A stretch of DNA of 64,000 nt from Spirochaetia bacterium (GTDB lineage Bacteria > Spirochaetota > Spirochaetia > DSM-27196 > Salinispiraceae), in contig JBBRCZ010000013.1 in NCBI GenBank assembly GCA_038204425.1, positions 25,289 through 89,288 on the forward strand, in the 5' to 3' direction. Below, piece after piece: positions 1 to 9,001 of the stretch (within the stretch, counting starts at the first letter, position 1; each line of letters opens with the position of its first letter). The notes under the pieces were generated by a model. It saw nothing but the letters and a program-made list of their open reading frames with translations, was not told the origin of the DNA and did not search any database. The position numbers and the translations under genes are program-made.

Positions 1-1287
1 TATGCCCCGTAGCTGACCTTGATCAATCACTGGCGCAAGACCGAGGTCGGTAGAGAAAAACAGGTCTTCTATCTCTTGCAATGTCGACTGTGTGTTGAGC
101 GTCTTGGGGCTGCGATTCATGTAGGCTTTAACCGGAGCGTGCATGGAATCTGCTTTACGCGCCTTTTGAATTTCTCGCAGTGAGAGCAGGCCAAGCAGAT
201 GCGCGTGCTCATCGACAACCGGAGCACTGGCATGATTGTGTTCTTCCAAAAACTTGGCAGCTTCTAACATGGTCCAATCAACTCTGAGCGAGTTAACTGA
301 CTTGTGCATAATATCTTGAGCTCGCAGCGCTGGTTTGAGACGAATATTAAGCGCGCTTATGAGGTGCTGCATTACCGGAATGTCGTTGCTCTTCTTAAGC
401 AAGGCCGAGGCCGCTTGGGGGTGACCACCACCGCCAAAAGCAGAAAGAACAAAGGCCATGTCCAAGTCAGGCGATGCACTGCGACTTATGATTAGGTGGC
501 TCTTTTCTTTGAGCATATTAAAAACGCATACAATAACTTCGGCTTGTTCAAATTCAAACAAACGTTCCACTAGCAGCGCCAAGCCTGGCGCCTGATTTTC
601 GACATCAACTTCTCCAAGAACTACCGAATGACCGCGCAGCTGCCTACGAGTCATGCTTGCTGCCAACTGGTGCATCAAGACCGAGAGTGCGTTGTCGTAG
701 TATTTAGAAGTTCCCTTTCTAACAATGGACAGGTCGGCACCAGCATCCAAAAGCCAGGTTGCGGCAGAAAAATCGCGAGAACTTACATTGTTGTGACTAA
801 AGCTGCCGGTGTCGGCCACAATGCCCGCCAACGCAATAGTAGCCAGCTCAGGACTGATCACAATGTTTTCTCTGGCAAGCAGATGGCACAAAACGCTGGT
901 ATTGGCACCAAGCGCCTCTTGATGAGTCACCGCACCGGGAATATCGCAGCCATCGCTGTGGTGATGGTCGTAGACACTTACATGGGCGGGTAGGGTAAGC
1001 CCGCGTTCGAGGTACTCGTGAATTTGACTCAAACTGCGCGTATCGACCACCACTACATGTTCAAGATTGCTTAAGTCGAGTTCGTTCAGATTGACCAAAG
1101 GCAAATGATCTTGAAACAAATGGTAGAGGCTCTTCGCCAGCGGATGAATTCTTTGAGAGCGAACAAGTGCGTAGTCTGGGTACAAGTAGTGAGCAAGTGC
1201 CATACTGCCGAGGCAGTCCAAGTCCATGTTGCTATGGCCTAAAACAATGCCCTTAACGCTAGTCAAAACTGGTGAAGTGTGGCCCAT
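1..1287 (-). CDS. DHH/DHHA1 phosphoesterase with CBS-domain pair (partial, runs off the left edge; not in ORF track)
   Basis: Manual translation from ATG 1287 gives MGHTSPVLTSVKGIVLGHSNMDLDCLGS...VVVVDT...VYDHH...GIVADTGSF (DHH motifs). CBS-like segments (...APVKAYMNRSPKTL...LAPVIDQGQLRGI) follow at the edge. Confidence 0.85.
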   Translation of the reverse strand, partial: MGHTSPVLTSVKGIVLGHSNMDLDCLGSMALAHYLYPDYALVRSQRIHPLAKSLYHLFQDHLPLVNLNELDLSNLEHVVVVDTRSLSQIHEYLERGLTLPAHVSVYDHHHSDGCDIPGAVTHQEALGANTSVLCHLLARENIVISPELATIALAGIVADTGSFSHNNVSSRDFSAATWLLDAGADLSIVRKGTSKYYDNALSVLMHQLAASMTRRQLRGHSVVLGEVDVENQAPGLALLVERLFEFEQAEVIVCVFNMLKEKSHLIISRSASPDLDMAFVLSAFGGGGHPQAASALLKKSNDIPVMQHLISALNIRLKPALRAQDIMHKSVNSLRVDWTMLEAAKFLEEHNHASAPVVDEHAHLLGLLSLREIQKARKADSMHAPVKAYMNRSPKTLNTQSTLQEIEDLFFSTDLGLAPVIDQGQLRGI

Positions 1288-1293
1288 TAGCCC

Positions 1294-1322
1294 ATTGTAT
1301 GGCCAGACTGCTCAGAATGCAA
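1294..1322 (-). promoter_or_regulatory. sigma70-type promoter, leaderless type
   Basis: TTGCAT-17 nt-TACAAT, then 6 nt to ATG 1287, with no Shine-Dalgarno. Confidence 0.65.
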
Positions 1323-1399
1323 GATTATGTGCCAATCAAACATTAACACAGCAACGCGGCATTCTACAACAATGATGTTTAACCTCAGCTTGATCTAGA

Positions 1400-2359
1400 T
1401 CATATTTTTTTTTGCCTCTTCTCCTGAAACATGACGTTGTCAGCGTGAGCAAGCATTTCTTCCAAAGAGTCTGAAAAACTACTCGGGATTTCTATGGTGC
1501 CTGACGAAAATGATAGGCGGTATTCCGCTTTAAAAGACAATTTGGTCAGTTGGAGTAAGTCATTTAGCCTTGTGGCGAAAACATTAAAACTCTCACTCGT
1601 TGTATTGCTTTGCCACAGTACAAACTCGTCTCCGCCAATTCTTCCGAATATATCAGTGTCGCGCTTGACTTGGTTTGCGCATTTTGAAAAGCAAATTAGT
1701 GCTTCGTCACCGGCAGCGTGGCCGTAGCTGTCGTTTACTCTCTTGAAGTCATTTAGATCAAAGTAAGAAAGACTCGATGTTTGATTCTGTCTTTTGCAGA
1801 AATCAAGCCCCATTTCTGTGAGTTTAAAAAAACCACGCCGATTTGGTGTCTTGGTTAACTCATCCACAATCGCAAGCCTTATTGACGTAAGTTCAGCCTC
1901 TACCATCGCCGCCAAGTCTTTTAGTATCTCGTTTTCGCTATCGCTTAGCTTTCTAGGCGTGGTATCAATTATGCACAACGTGCCAACTTTCTCTCCATGG
2001 ACTACCAACGGTTTGCCAGCGTAGAAACAAATGTTTGGGTCGCCCATGACCAAGGGATTGTCAAAAAAGCGGGGGTCCTTGCTAGCGTCTTGTACCACAA
2101 AGACATCGTCTTCTAGAATCGCATGGCCACAGAAAGAGATATCTCGCTCCGTTTCAGCTACTTCTAAGCCAACCTGCGACTTAAACCATTGTCGATTCTT
2201 GTCAATTATTGTAACAATGGAAATCGGAACCCTAAAGATATTGCTGGCAAGTCTAGTGATTCGATCAAACCTTTCTTCCTGCTCTGAATCAAGGATACCC
2301 AGATTTTTGACAAGATCCAGTCTTTTAACTTCATTTTTTGGGCACTTAGGCGCTTCCAT
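1400..2359 (-). CDS. GAF-GGDEF diguanylate cyclase
   Basis: N-terminal GAF (EERFDRITRLA...SFCGHAI...FYAGKPL), GGDEF motif and RxxD I-site (RDTD). Confidence 0.92.
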   Translation of the reverse strand: MEAPKCPKNEVKRLDLVKNLGILDSEQEERFDRITRLASNIFRVPISIVTIIDKNRQWFKSQVGLEVAETERDISFCGHAILEDDVFVVQDASKDPRFFDNPLVMGDPNICFYAGKPLVVHGEKVGTLCIIDTTPRKLSDSENEILKDLAAMVEAELTSIRLAIVDELTKTPNRRGFFKLTEMGLDFCKRQNQTSSLSYFDLNDFKRVNDSYGHAAGDEALICFSKCANQVKRDTDIFGRIGGDEFVLWQSNTTSESFNVFATRLNDLLQLTKLSFKAEYRLSFSSGTIEIPSSFSDSLEEMLAHADNVMFQEKRQKKI

Positions 2360-2380
2360 TAATAATCCTGCCTTTTCCCT

Positions 2381-2409
2381 ACTATAGTACTCTAATTGTC
2401 TTTTGGCAA
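2381..2409 (-). promoter_or_regulatory. sigma70-type promoter of the GAF-GGDEF gene
   Basis: TTGCCA-17 nt-TATAGT upstream of a purine-rich leader. Confidence 0.55.
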
Positions 2410-2742
2410 AAGCTTGGTCACAGGACTTATAGGCACGCTCGCCATTTTTGCTCTAATAAAAAAGCCCACGGTGTCCGTGCTGACGAAAAAAAAAGCGTTA
2501 GGTTTAGATATTTCGCTTTACAACGAAAATGCCTATGCCATTTTGGATTTTTACCCAGCAACCTGAAAGTAGCTGCTCGAGTTCACAGATAATAGTATTT
2601 GCGAAGCACTTCTTGCGACGACTAAAAGTCATGGCGTCACTATTTTTGCGAAAGAAAAAAGAAAAGCTCATGGTCGCGAGGCAAAGCTGCAAACGGGGGA
2701 CAGAGCTACCCTATCAAATGAGCGCACCATACCTGATTGTTC

Positions 2743-2934
2743 TCAGTAGATCTTTTGCACCCGTCCAACCAAGCCGGACTGCAATCGAACCTTGATGCCA
2801 TGCGGATGATTAGCAGAGTTAGTCAGAATGTCCTGTACGAAGCCATCAGTCAGTGTACCCGTGCGTTGGTCTTCTTTTAGGACGATTGCTACTTTGATAC
2901 CTGGTTTTATCTCGGTTCTTTGGGTGCCTTGCAT
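2743..2934 (-). CDS. YwbE family (DUF2196) small protein
   Basis: MQGTQRTEIKPGIKVAIVLKEDQRTGTLTDGFVQDILTNSANHPHGIKVRLQSGLVGRVQKI. Start moved to ATG 2934. Confidence 0.85.
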   Translation of the reverse strand: MQGTQRTEIKPGIKVAIVLKEDQRTGTLTDGFVQDILTNSANHPHGIKVRLQSGLVGRVQKIY

Positions 2935-3194
2935 GCGGAATAGTAGCATTTTTTTTGCTGTGGTGATAGCGATTTTTGCCAACATACCTGTCGCAAGAGC
3001 GGGTGACAAGTGATGTAGATGTTGAGGTTTTGAATTTAACGCTCAAAAGCCGCACCCCAAGCCCATAGTAGCACCACAAAAATTAAAGATAGCAAAAAAT
3101 TGCTGTCGTTCGCCTGCCCAAACTATCACTCTCGCTAGCGAATTGTTTCGAGAGTCAATGTACCGGTGTCACCAAAATACATGCCGACAGGTGC

Positions 3195-3452
3195 CTAAGC
3201 AGCGTAATTACTCAAGAGCATCAAGTGCAAGTAGTCAACCAAGTCTGGTGGAGTGGTGCCCTCAATCAAGTGTCCGTTTACAAAGATGCCACACTCTTCT
3301 TTGTCGAGCCCCAAGGCCAAACATCGAACTTCCATCGCCAACTGGCAGCGCAGACGAGCCGAGAGGCAAGAATCAATGCGCATTAGTTCTTCAATAGCAT
3401 TGCCCGGAGTCTTGGTGCTGGTGACAATGGTAACGTCAATACAAGTTCTCAT
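3195..3452 (-). CDS. small Cys-containing hypothetical protein (85 aa), possibly thioredoxin-like fold
   Basis: GGAGG RBS before ATG 3452. GIFVNGHLIEG resembles the C-terminal strand of Trx/DsbA folds. Confidence 0.55.
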   Translation of the reverse strand: MRTCIDVTIVTSTKTPGNAIEELMRIDSCLSARLRCQLAMEVRCLALGLDKEECGIFVNGHLIEGTTPPDLVDYLHLMLLSNYAA

Positions 3453-3481
3453 GCTGGCCTCCCGATACATCTTGTGTCTAT

Positions 3482-3529
3482 ATAGATAATAATTAATCGA
3501 TATAAAATAATCAATAATAAAATATCTAA
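3482..3529. repeat. 14-bp periodic AT-rich array (putative operator)
   Basis: ATAGAT-8-ATCGAT-8-ATCAAT-8-ATCTAA with pure A/T spacers. Confidence 0.6.
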
Positions 3530-3570
3530 TAGGCCGTATTTCTTTTCTTTTTTCTGTTTCTGCTGAAGAC

Positions 3571-3600
3571 AAAAAAGGCCGCCCAGGTACCTGGGCGGCC
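3571..3600 (-). terminator. intrinsic terminator of the large lipoprotein gene
   Basis: GGCCGCCCAG-GTAC-CTGGGCGGCC hairpin followed by T6 on the minus strand, about 30 nt after the stop at 3630. Confidence 0.88.
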
Positions 3601-3629
3601 ACAGAAGACTGATCTTTGTCAGTGATTAT

Positions 3630-6600
3630 TTAGGGTAACAAAAACTGGAACTTAAATCGGTCATTGCTGCTAGAAAAATCGTCAGTAGTAATCGGGTTGC
3701 CGTCGAAGCCATCTTGACTCTTCCAGTAGCGGTTAGGATAGAGTTTGAGTGCAAGATAGTAGTAGCCGCCACCAGCTGGTGTCAGTACAAATAGCTCGTC
3801 ATCACCATTGTCAACCACTTCGGTCTTGACGTTGTCGTATTGTCCTGCCCGTAGGGCGTGGCCGGTCGCTTGACTTACAAACTTGTAGTAGCTGCCTACT
3901 TGGGTCAAGACCCACTTTTGGTTGGATGCACCGGTGTAGCTTGCATTATAAACCGATGAACCGGCATAGCTGTCGTTTTGTTGAACTTTGCCTGAGTACT
4001 TGTTTACGATTCGATATGTTCCTGCTGTTACAACCCCAGCAACTGTTGTCGATGTGGTACTGGAAGTGCTTGTAGTACTCGAGGTGCTGGAGGTGCTGGA
4101 GGTGCTGGAGGTGCTGGTGCTTGCTAATGTGGTTGAGCTGGTCGAGCTGCTTGTGCTAGTAGTGGAAATTATTGTCGTGCTAGTTGTTCCACCTGATGGG
4201 CCGGTAAATCTAAAGTAGTCAAAGTTTCCAACCCCATCACCACCCTTAAAGACGACAAAGAGATTGTGGACTCCCGACACGGGGCCAAAACTCGTGGCGT
4301 AGCTTTGGTAGTTGTTCCATCCACCAGTGTTTACTTGGGTGTAGGCCTTTACCAGTGTTCCTGTTGTACTGCCTAAGCGGAACTCCACGGTTCTGCCGGT
4401 GCTTCCCGACGCGTAGCGCAAGGTGACACTATTGTAGTTGTTGCTACCAAAGTTGACGTTGTCAAATCTAACCCAGTCGTTGTTGTCCACGTAGGCAATA
4501 AAACCGTTGCCTACCGTAATTCCTTGCGATGCATGTGCGCTTTCTGCTTCCAATTGCAAGGTAGTTCCAGCTGCTATGGTGGTGCTAGTTGTTGAGCTTG
4601 AGCTTGTTGAGCTGGATGATGTTGAGCTTGTAGACTGGATGCTAGTACTGGTTCCTTGCAAGGTTGAGCTGGTGCTGCCTTGTACACTGGTGCTAGTGCT
4701 GCTGACCGTGGTGCTGGTCGTGCCGCCACTTGGAGGAGCAACTATTAGGTCGTCAATCCAAACAGTGCCGCCGCTTGCACTACCGAGTACTGCAAGTTGG
4801 ATGCCGTAGTTTCCGGGTGCAAGATTGCTGTTGTCAGCAAGTGGTAGGGTGAGGCTTATGGTAGCAAAGGTTGCTGTGTTTCCGTCAACGGCTGCTGCTG
4901 GCCAGGCCAGGTTGTTGGGGCCGTAGGTGGCTTGTACCGACGCTGCTTCCACTCCACCTGAAGTATTGGGTGGTGGCAATATTGGTTTGAGAATAAAGAC
5001 TATCGTATTGTTGGCACTTGCTGCTCTCACTTTAAAGCTAACCGTGGCACTGGATACGCCAGCTCCAAGTCCTCTGTCAAGCAAGGGGCCTGCCCAGATG
5101 CCGCCACTTCCCGGTGTAGCAATTTTGAATGCCTTGCTTCCCGAAACGCCTTCTTGAGGAAAATCAACGCTCGCACCACCATAAGTGCCATTGTTGTTAC
5201 CAAATGTTGCACTATCTAGGCTGCTGTTGTTGTTAAAATTAAGTGTAAAAGCAACAAAGGTTACAACCGTTGTGCCGCCTCTAACCCTAATAGCGTCTGG
5301 TGCAGGAAAAATACCGTCATAGTCGCGAAACCCAATAGTGGTCCCGTTGCCAACATTCAGACCCTTGCCAACTACAAAACTGGAGGAAGAGTTTGGTTCG
5401 TAAAAACTGTCCCAACCTTCGCCACGGAAGTGTAGTCCAGGGTTGGCATCGTAATTGTTAGACAGACTTGCTCCGCTTAGGTTGCTAGTCCAAGGCAGAG
5501 TGTTGGTGGCAAGGTTTTCGCCATAGAAATCTGCGTTATATTTGACGTTGTTGCTTATCGTAACATTGCTGGCTGAGCCAGTTCCCTTGCTGATAACTGC
5601 CGTTGCGCTTGAACGCATCAGGAAGACGTTGTTCTGTATGGCAATGTTGGACACATTGGCACCAGACGAAATCTGACTAAGTTGAATAGCATTGTTAAAC
5701 CCAGCAAAGATGTTGTTCTGGATCTTTATGCTATCATTGCCGCGTGCAACCAAGACGGCCGCGCCATTAGCGCCACCAAAATCGGTGTGGGCAAACTGAT
5801 TCTCAAATACGTTTTTACGTACGGTGATTTTCTTTACATCGTAGATCCACATGGCCACGCCAAAGCCCTTGTCTTTAAAGTAGCTGTTGTAAATATCCAC
5901 ACCATTGGTAGCTACTTCAACCGCTTCCTTGGAGCTTACGCCATCAAGGTCAACCATCTTAATATTGTAAACCTTTAAGTTTTCACCGGCCACTGCTGGG
6001 CTAGTTGTAAAGCCTGGTTGGTCGACGAGAGAAAGCCAGGTATTACAGTCGATGTTATAGAGTTGGTTTCCTGGCCCAATATTCCACAGTTCTACCGAAA
6101 TGTCTTCGCCCCACTGAGCGTCGTTTTCGTTAACTCGGATATAGCAGTCGTAAATTTTGGTATTCTTAAAGTTTCCTGATACGGTAAATTTAATTCCATA
6201 ACCATAAATGTCATTGATGGTGATATCATAAATTTCCGCACCATCAAGGCGACCTATGTTGAGGTTACCAGAAGACCACGATCCGGGGCCTGCTATGTCG
6301 TCTTTACCGCTGTTGGTAAAGTCACAGTCAAAAATCTTGATACCGGTTGCGTAGTTGGAACTGGCAAAAACACGCGCTCCAGAATCGGCATTGTTGAGAA
6401 AGTGTATGTTGCTAATCGAAACATTGTTTCTGGTATTCGATACTATTCCGTTAAAGGTTTTGTTCTTGCCGTCAATTGTAAACCCAGAAACGGTTTGCAC
6501 AGCACTGTTGCTTGCTGGTGAAAGTCTGATAAGGTAGCTAGAGTCGTTCTCTGGCCCCTGAGAACTAAGGTTGTTGGAAGTCAAGACCGTACTTGCCTTG

Positions 6601-6911
6601 CCGGCACCAATCAAGTTGATAGCGGCTGGAAGCATAATCTGGTTCTCAACAAAAGTACCAGCGCCAACATTGACGGTGTTTCCGGCGACTGCTACGGTTA
6701 AGGCCTTGCCGATGCTACGGAAAGGTAGAACAAAACTACCGTTGCCGCTAGAATCGCTTCCGCTGGCCGTGACATAAACGTGGCCCGGAATTGCTGCTCG
6801 TGCTGCACTTACGCCTCCACTACTATCAAGCGGTGCGTTGTCTAGACTACATGCTGCCAAAAAGGCAAACATGGCCACGACAAGACACAAAGGGATCAAA
6901 TACTTTTTCAT
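3630..6911 (-). CDS. multi-modular carbohydrate-binding lipoprotein: parallel beta-helix, beta-sandwich, S/T linker, CBM6, S/T linker, ricin-B-like lectin
   Basis: Lipobox FLAAC. YVTASGSDSSGNGSFVLPFRSIGKAL (DUF1565-like) and IQNNIF beta-helix repeats. LEAES...NNDWVRFDNVNFG...TGGWNNY...GVHNLFVVFKG (CBM6). YRIVNKYSGKV...NQKW (ricin). Confidence 0.85.
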   Translation of the reverse strand: MKKYLIPLCLVVAMFAFLAACSLDNAPLDSSGGVSAARAAIPGHVYVTASGSDSSGNGSFVLPFRSIGKALTVAVAGNTVNVGAGTFVENQIMLPAAINLIGAGKASTVLTSNNLSSQGPENDSSYLIRLSPASNSAVQTVSGFTIDGKNKTFNGIVSNTRNNVSISNIHFLNNADSGARVFASSNYATGIKIFDCDFTNSGKDDIAGPGSWSSGNLNIGRLDGAEIYDITINDIYGYGIKFTVSGNFKNTKIYDCYIRVNENDAQWGEDISVELWNIGPGNQLYNIDCNTWLSLVDQPGFTTSPAVAGENLKVYNIKMVDLDGVSSKEAVEVATNGVDIYNSYFKDKGFGVAMWIYDVKKITVRKNVFENQFAHTDFGGANGAAVLVARGNDSIKIQNNIFAGFNNAIQLSQISSGANVSNIAIQNNVFLMRSSATAVISKGTGSASNVTISNNVKYNADFYGENLATNTLPWTSNLSGASLSNNYDANPGLHFRGEGWDSFYEPNSSSSFVVGKGLNVGNGTTIGFRDYDGIFPAPDAIRVRGGTTVVTFVAFTLNFNNNSSLDSATFGNNNGTYGGASVDFPQEGVSGSKAFKIATPGSGGIWAGPLLDRGLGAGVSSATVSFKVRAASANNTIVFILKPILPPPNTSGGVEAASVQATYGPNNLAWPAAAVDGNTATFATISLTLPLADNSNLAPGNYGIQLAVLGSASGGTVWIDDLIVAPPSGGTTSTTVSSTSTSVQGSTSSTLQGTSTSIQSTSSTSSSSTSSSSTTSTTIAAGTTLQLEAESAHASQGITVGNGFIAYVDNNDWVRFDNVNFGSNNYNSVTLRYASGSTGRTVEFRLGSTTGTLVKAYTQVNTGGWNNYQSYATSFGPVSGVHNLFVVFKGGDGVGNFDYFRFTGPSGGTTSTTIISTTSTSSSTSSTTLASTSTSSTSSTSSTSSTTSTSSTTSTTVAGVVTAGTYRIVNKYSGKVQQNDSYAGSSVYNASYTGASNQKWVLTQVGSYYKFVSQATGHALRAGQYDNVKTEVVDNGDDELFVLTPAGGGYYYLALKLYPNRYWKSQDGFDGNPITTDDFSSSNDRFKFQFLLP
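4081..4116. repeat. 9-bp tandem repeat x4 in a Ser/Thr linker
   Basis: (GAGGTGCTG)4, perfect, encodes TSS repeats. Confidence 0.9.
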
Positions 6912-6985
6912 TGATCGGCTCCTATAAAGGGATAGAAGGCTGGTTAAAGTAGCCTTAGGTATCCTTTCTATTACGAAGCCACTTT

Positions 6986-7008
6986 TGATTGTCGTGAATG
7001 GACAATCA
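6986..7008. promoter_or_regulatory. palindromic putative operator between the lipoprotein gene and the RluA-family gene
   Basis: TGATTGTC-N7-GACAATCA, perfect inverted repeat. Confidence 0.45.
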
Positions 7009-7097
7009 GAGAAAAAGCATGGATATTCTGTTTGGCAAAAACACCTTTAGCTTGTCTAAAGTGCTAAGCCCTGCGATACTCGCTGCACAGGACGGCA

Positions 7098-7775
7098 TTG
7101 ATGGCGCTTTCGGTTTTATATGAAGACGAATCTTTTGTGGCTATCAACAAAGCTGCCAATGTTTTGGTGATCCCTGCCCCAGGCCAAACAAGCCCAACAC
7201 TTACTGACTTGCTCAGAGCTCACTATATTTACCAAGAAAGAAAAAGTGCCGGACAGCCGCCGGAGCCTGTAAGTCCGCTTGCCCATCCATGTCATCGCTT
7301 AGATCGCGAGACTAGCGGCGCCATCCTGTTTGCCAAAGGCAAGGCGGCACAAAAGGCCGCTATGGACTTGTTCTTTAAGCATGAGGTAGAAAAAGTCTAC
7401 CTTGGCGTAGTCAATGGTCTGGTTGGACCACGGCAAGGTGTAATCAACAGTCCAATCGAAGCTAAGACCGCCCAAACACACTATAAAGTTTTGCACCGCG
7501 CCAGTGGAGTGTCGGTTATGATGTTTAGAATTATGACAGGTCGAACCAATCAAATTCGAATCCACTGCGCTGCGATGGGCCATGCGCTTTTGGGCGACAC
7601 TCGTTTTGGGCGCCGAGCAGAATTTGCACTTGGTTTTGAGCGTTGTGCCTTGCACTCCTTGAGGCTCGGCTTTAAGCAGCCCTTTACTCATTCTGCCGTA
7701 CGCATCTTTGCGCCGCTCAGTGATGACCTGCATTTGTTGCTTGCTTCTCTTGGCTTGAACGCGCCGGTTGAGTAA
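7098..7775 (+). CDS. RluA-family RNA pseudouridine synthase
   Basis: AINKAANVLV, HRLDRETSG, TGRTNQIRIH, GDTRFG and ALHSLRL motifs. No S4 domain. Confidence 0.92.
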   Translation: MMALSVLYEDESFVAINKAANVLVIPAPGQTSPTLTDLLRAHYIYQERKSAGQPPEPVSPLAHPCHRLDRETSGAILFAKGKAAQKAAMDLFFKHEVEKVYLGVVNGLVGPRQGVINSPIEAKTAQTHYKVLHRASGVSVMMFRIMTGRTNQIRIHCAAMGHALLGDTRFGRRAEFALGFERCALHSLRLGFKQPFTHSAVRIFAPLSDDLHLLLASLGLNAPVE

Positions 7776-7796
7776 GCAATTTTTGAACTAAAAAGC

Positions 7797-7825
7797 TTGT
7801 AGCGCGGGCAAAAATACGGCACTAT
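7797..7825 (+). promoter_or_regulatory. leaderless-type sigma70 promoter of purK
   Basis: TTGTAG-17 nt-CACTAT, then 6 nt to ATG 7832, no SD. Confidence 0.5.
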
Positions 7826-7831
7826 GCTGTC

Positions 7832-8974
7832 ATGAAAATGAGTCTTCCTGGTTTTAGACTTGGCCTAATTGGTGGCGGTCAATTGGGGCGCATGATGGCT
7901 ATTGAGGCGAGACGCCTTGGAGTGCATACCACGGTCTTGGACCCCGCTGCCAATCCACCGGCTGCCGGTATTGCGGATGTGCATATTAGAGGCAGTCTTT
8001 ACGACCATGCTGCATTGGATAAGCTTGCAGCGAGCGTCGATGTCGTCAGTTTTGAAATAGAACACACCGACGCCGACTACCTTGCAACACTAGAACAAGG
8101 TGGCAAAAAGATATTTCCCAAGCCAGCAACGTTGCTGACTATTCAGGACAAACTGCTCCAAAAACAATTTCTTGCCAAGCACGATTTGCCGGTGCCTTCT
8201 TTTAGAGCTTTAGCTCGCTCAGAAATTAAAAATTTTACAAGCGAAGTTTACCCCGTTGTGCACAAAGCTCGCGCCGGAGGCTACGATGGCAAGGGTGTGA
8301 GCGTTATTCGTAGCTGCGACAACCATGACCAGCTCTTAGATGTCGATGGCATGATAGAAGAATACATTGACCTTAAGCTAGAACTGGCTGTTCTTTTGGC
8401 CCGGGGTACGGCCGGCCAAATTTCTGTCTGGCCATTAATTGAGATGGTTTTTGACGAGCGTACACAAATTTGCAGTAGAGTTTGCGCTCCGGCGCGAGTT
8501 AGTGAAGCCATTGCAAAACAGGCAGTGCAAATGTCGGTCGCTGCAATAGAAGCCCTGGACGGGGTAGGAGTTTTTGCAGTCGAACTTTTTATTACCCAGG
8601 ATGATCGAGTCTTGATCAACGAAATTGCTCCTCGCCCACACAATAGCGGACACTGGACCATCGAGGGTGCGGTTTGCAATCAGTTTGAACAACACGTCAG
8701 GGCAGTTTGCGGTTTTCCCTTGGGTGACGCACGTCTGCTAAGACCTTCAGTTATGGTCAACCTCTTGGGTGCCGAAGGTGCCCAAGGAAGCCCAATCATG
8801 GTCGGTGCCGACCAACTTTTGGCAATCCCAGGCTTGCGCTTGCATTGGTACCAAAAAGAAACCGTTGCACCAATGCGAAAGATGGGACACTTTACTATTA
8901 CTCACGACGATTTGGAAAAAGCACTGGTACTTGCGCGTAAAGCCGAATATCTTGTAAGTATAGAAGCACGTTAG
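7832..8974 (+). CDS. purK: N5-carboxyaminoimidazole ribonucleotide synthase
   Basis: GGGQLGRMM, GGYDGKG, NEIAPRPHNSGH and RKMGH motifs. Confidence 0.96.
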   Translation: MKMSLPGFRLGLIGGGQLGRMMAIEARRLGVHTTVLDPAANPPAAGIADVHIRGSLYDHAALDKLAASVDVVSFEIEHTDADYLATLEQGGKKIFPKPATLLTIQDKLLQKQFLAKHDLPVPSFRALARSEIKNFTSEVYPVVHKARAGGYDGKGVSVIRSCDNHDQLLDVDGMIEEYIDLKLELAVLLARGTAGQISVWPLIEMVFDERTQICSRVCAPARVSEAIAKQAVQMSVAAIEALDGVGVFAVELFITQDDRVLINEIAPRPHNSGHWTIEGAVCNQFEQHVRAVCGFPLGDARLLRPSVMVNLLGAEGAQGSPIMVGADQLLAIPGLRLHWYQKETVAPMRKMGHFTITHDDLEKALVLARKAEYLVSIEAR

Positions 8975-9001
8975 AGATTTGATAGCGCCAAGGAGACCAC
9001 G

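Noticed and set aside
304..993. Plus-strand ORFs 304-495 and 628-993
   Set aside because: They are antisense shadows of the DHH-CBS gene on the minus strand.
2471..2749. Plus-strand frame with two adjacent internal stops (...DFYPAT*K*LLEFTDNSICEALL...) that could be a decayed gene or recoding
   Set aside because: No recognisable homology or RBS, and all real genes here use TGA/TAG as stops. It cannot be supported without BLASTx.
3988..4809. Val/Leu/Glu-repeat ORFs (VLEVLEVLEV)
   Set aside because: They are antisense reads of the Ser/Thr linkers.
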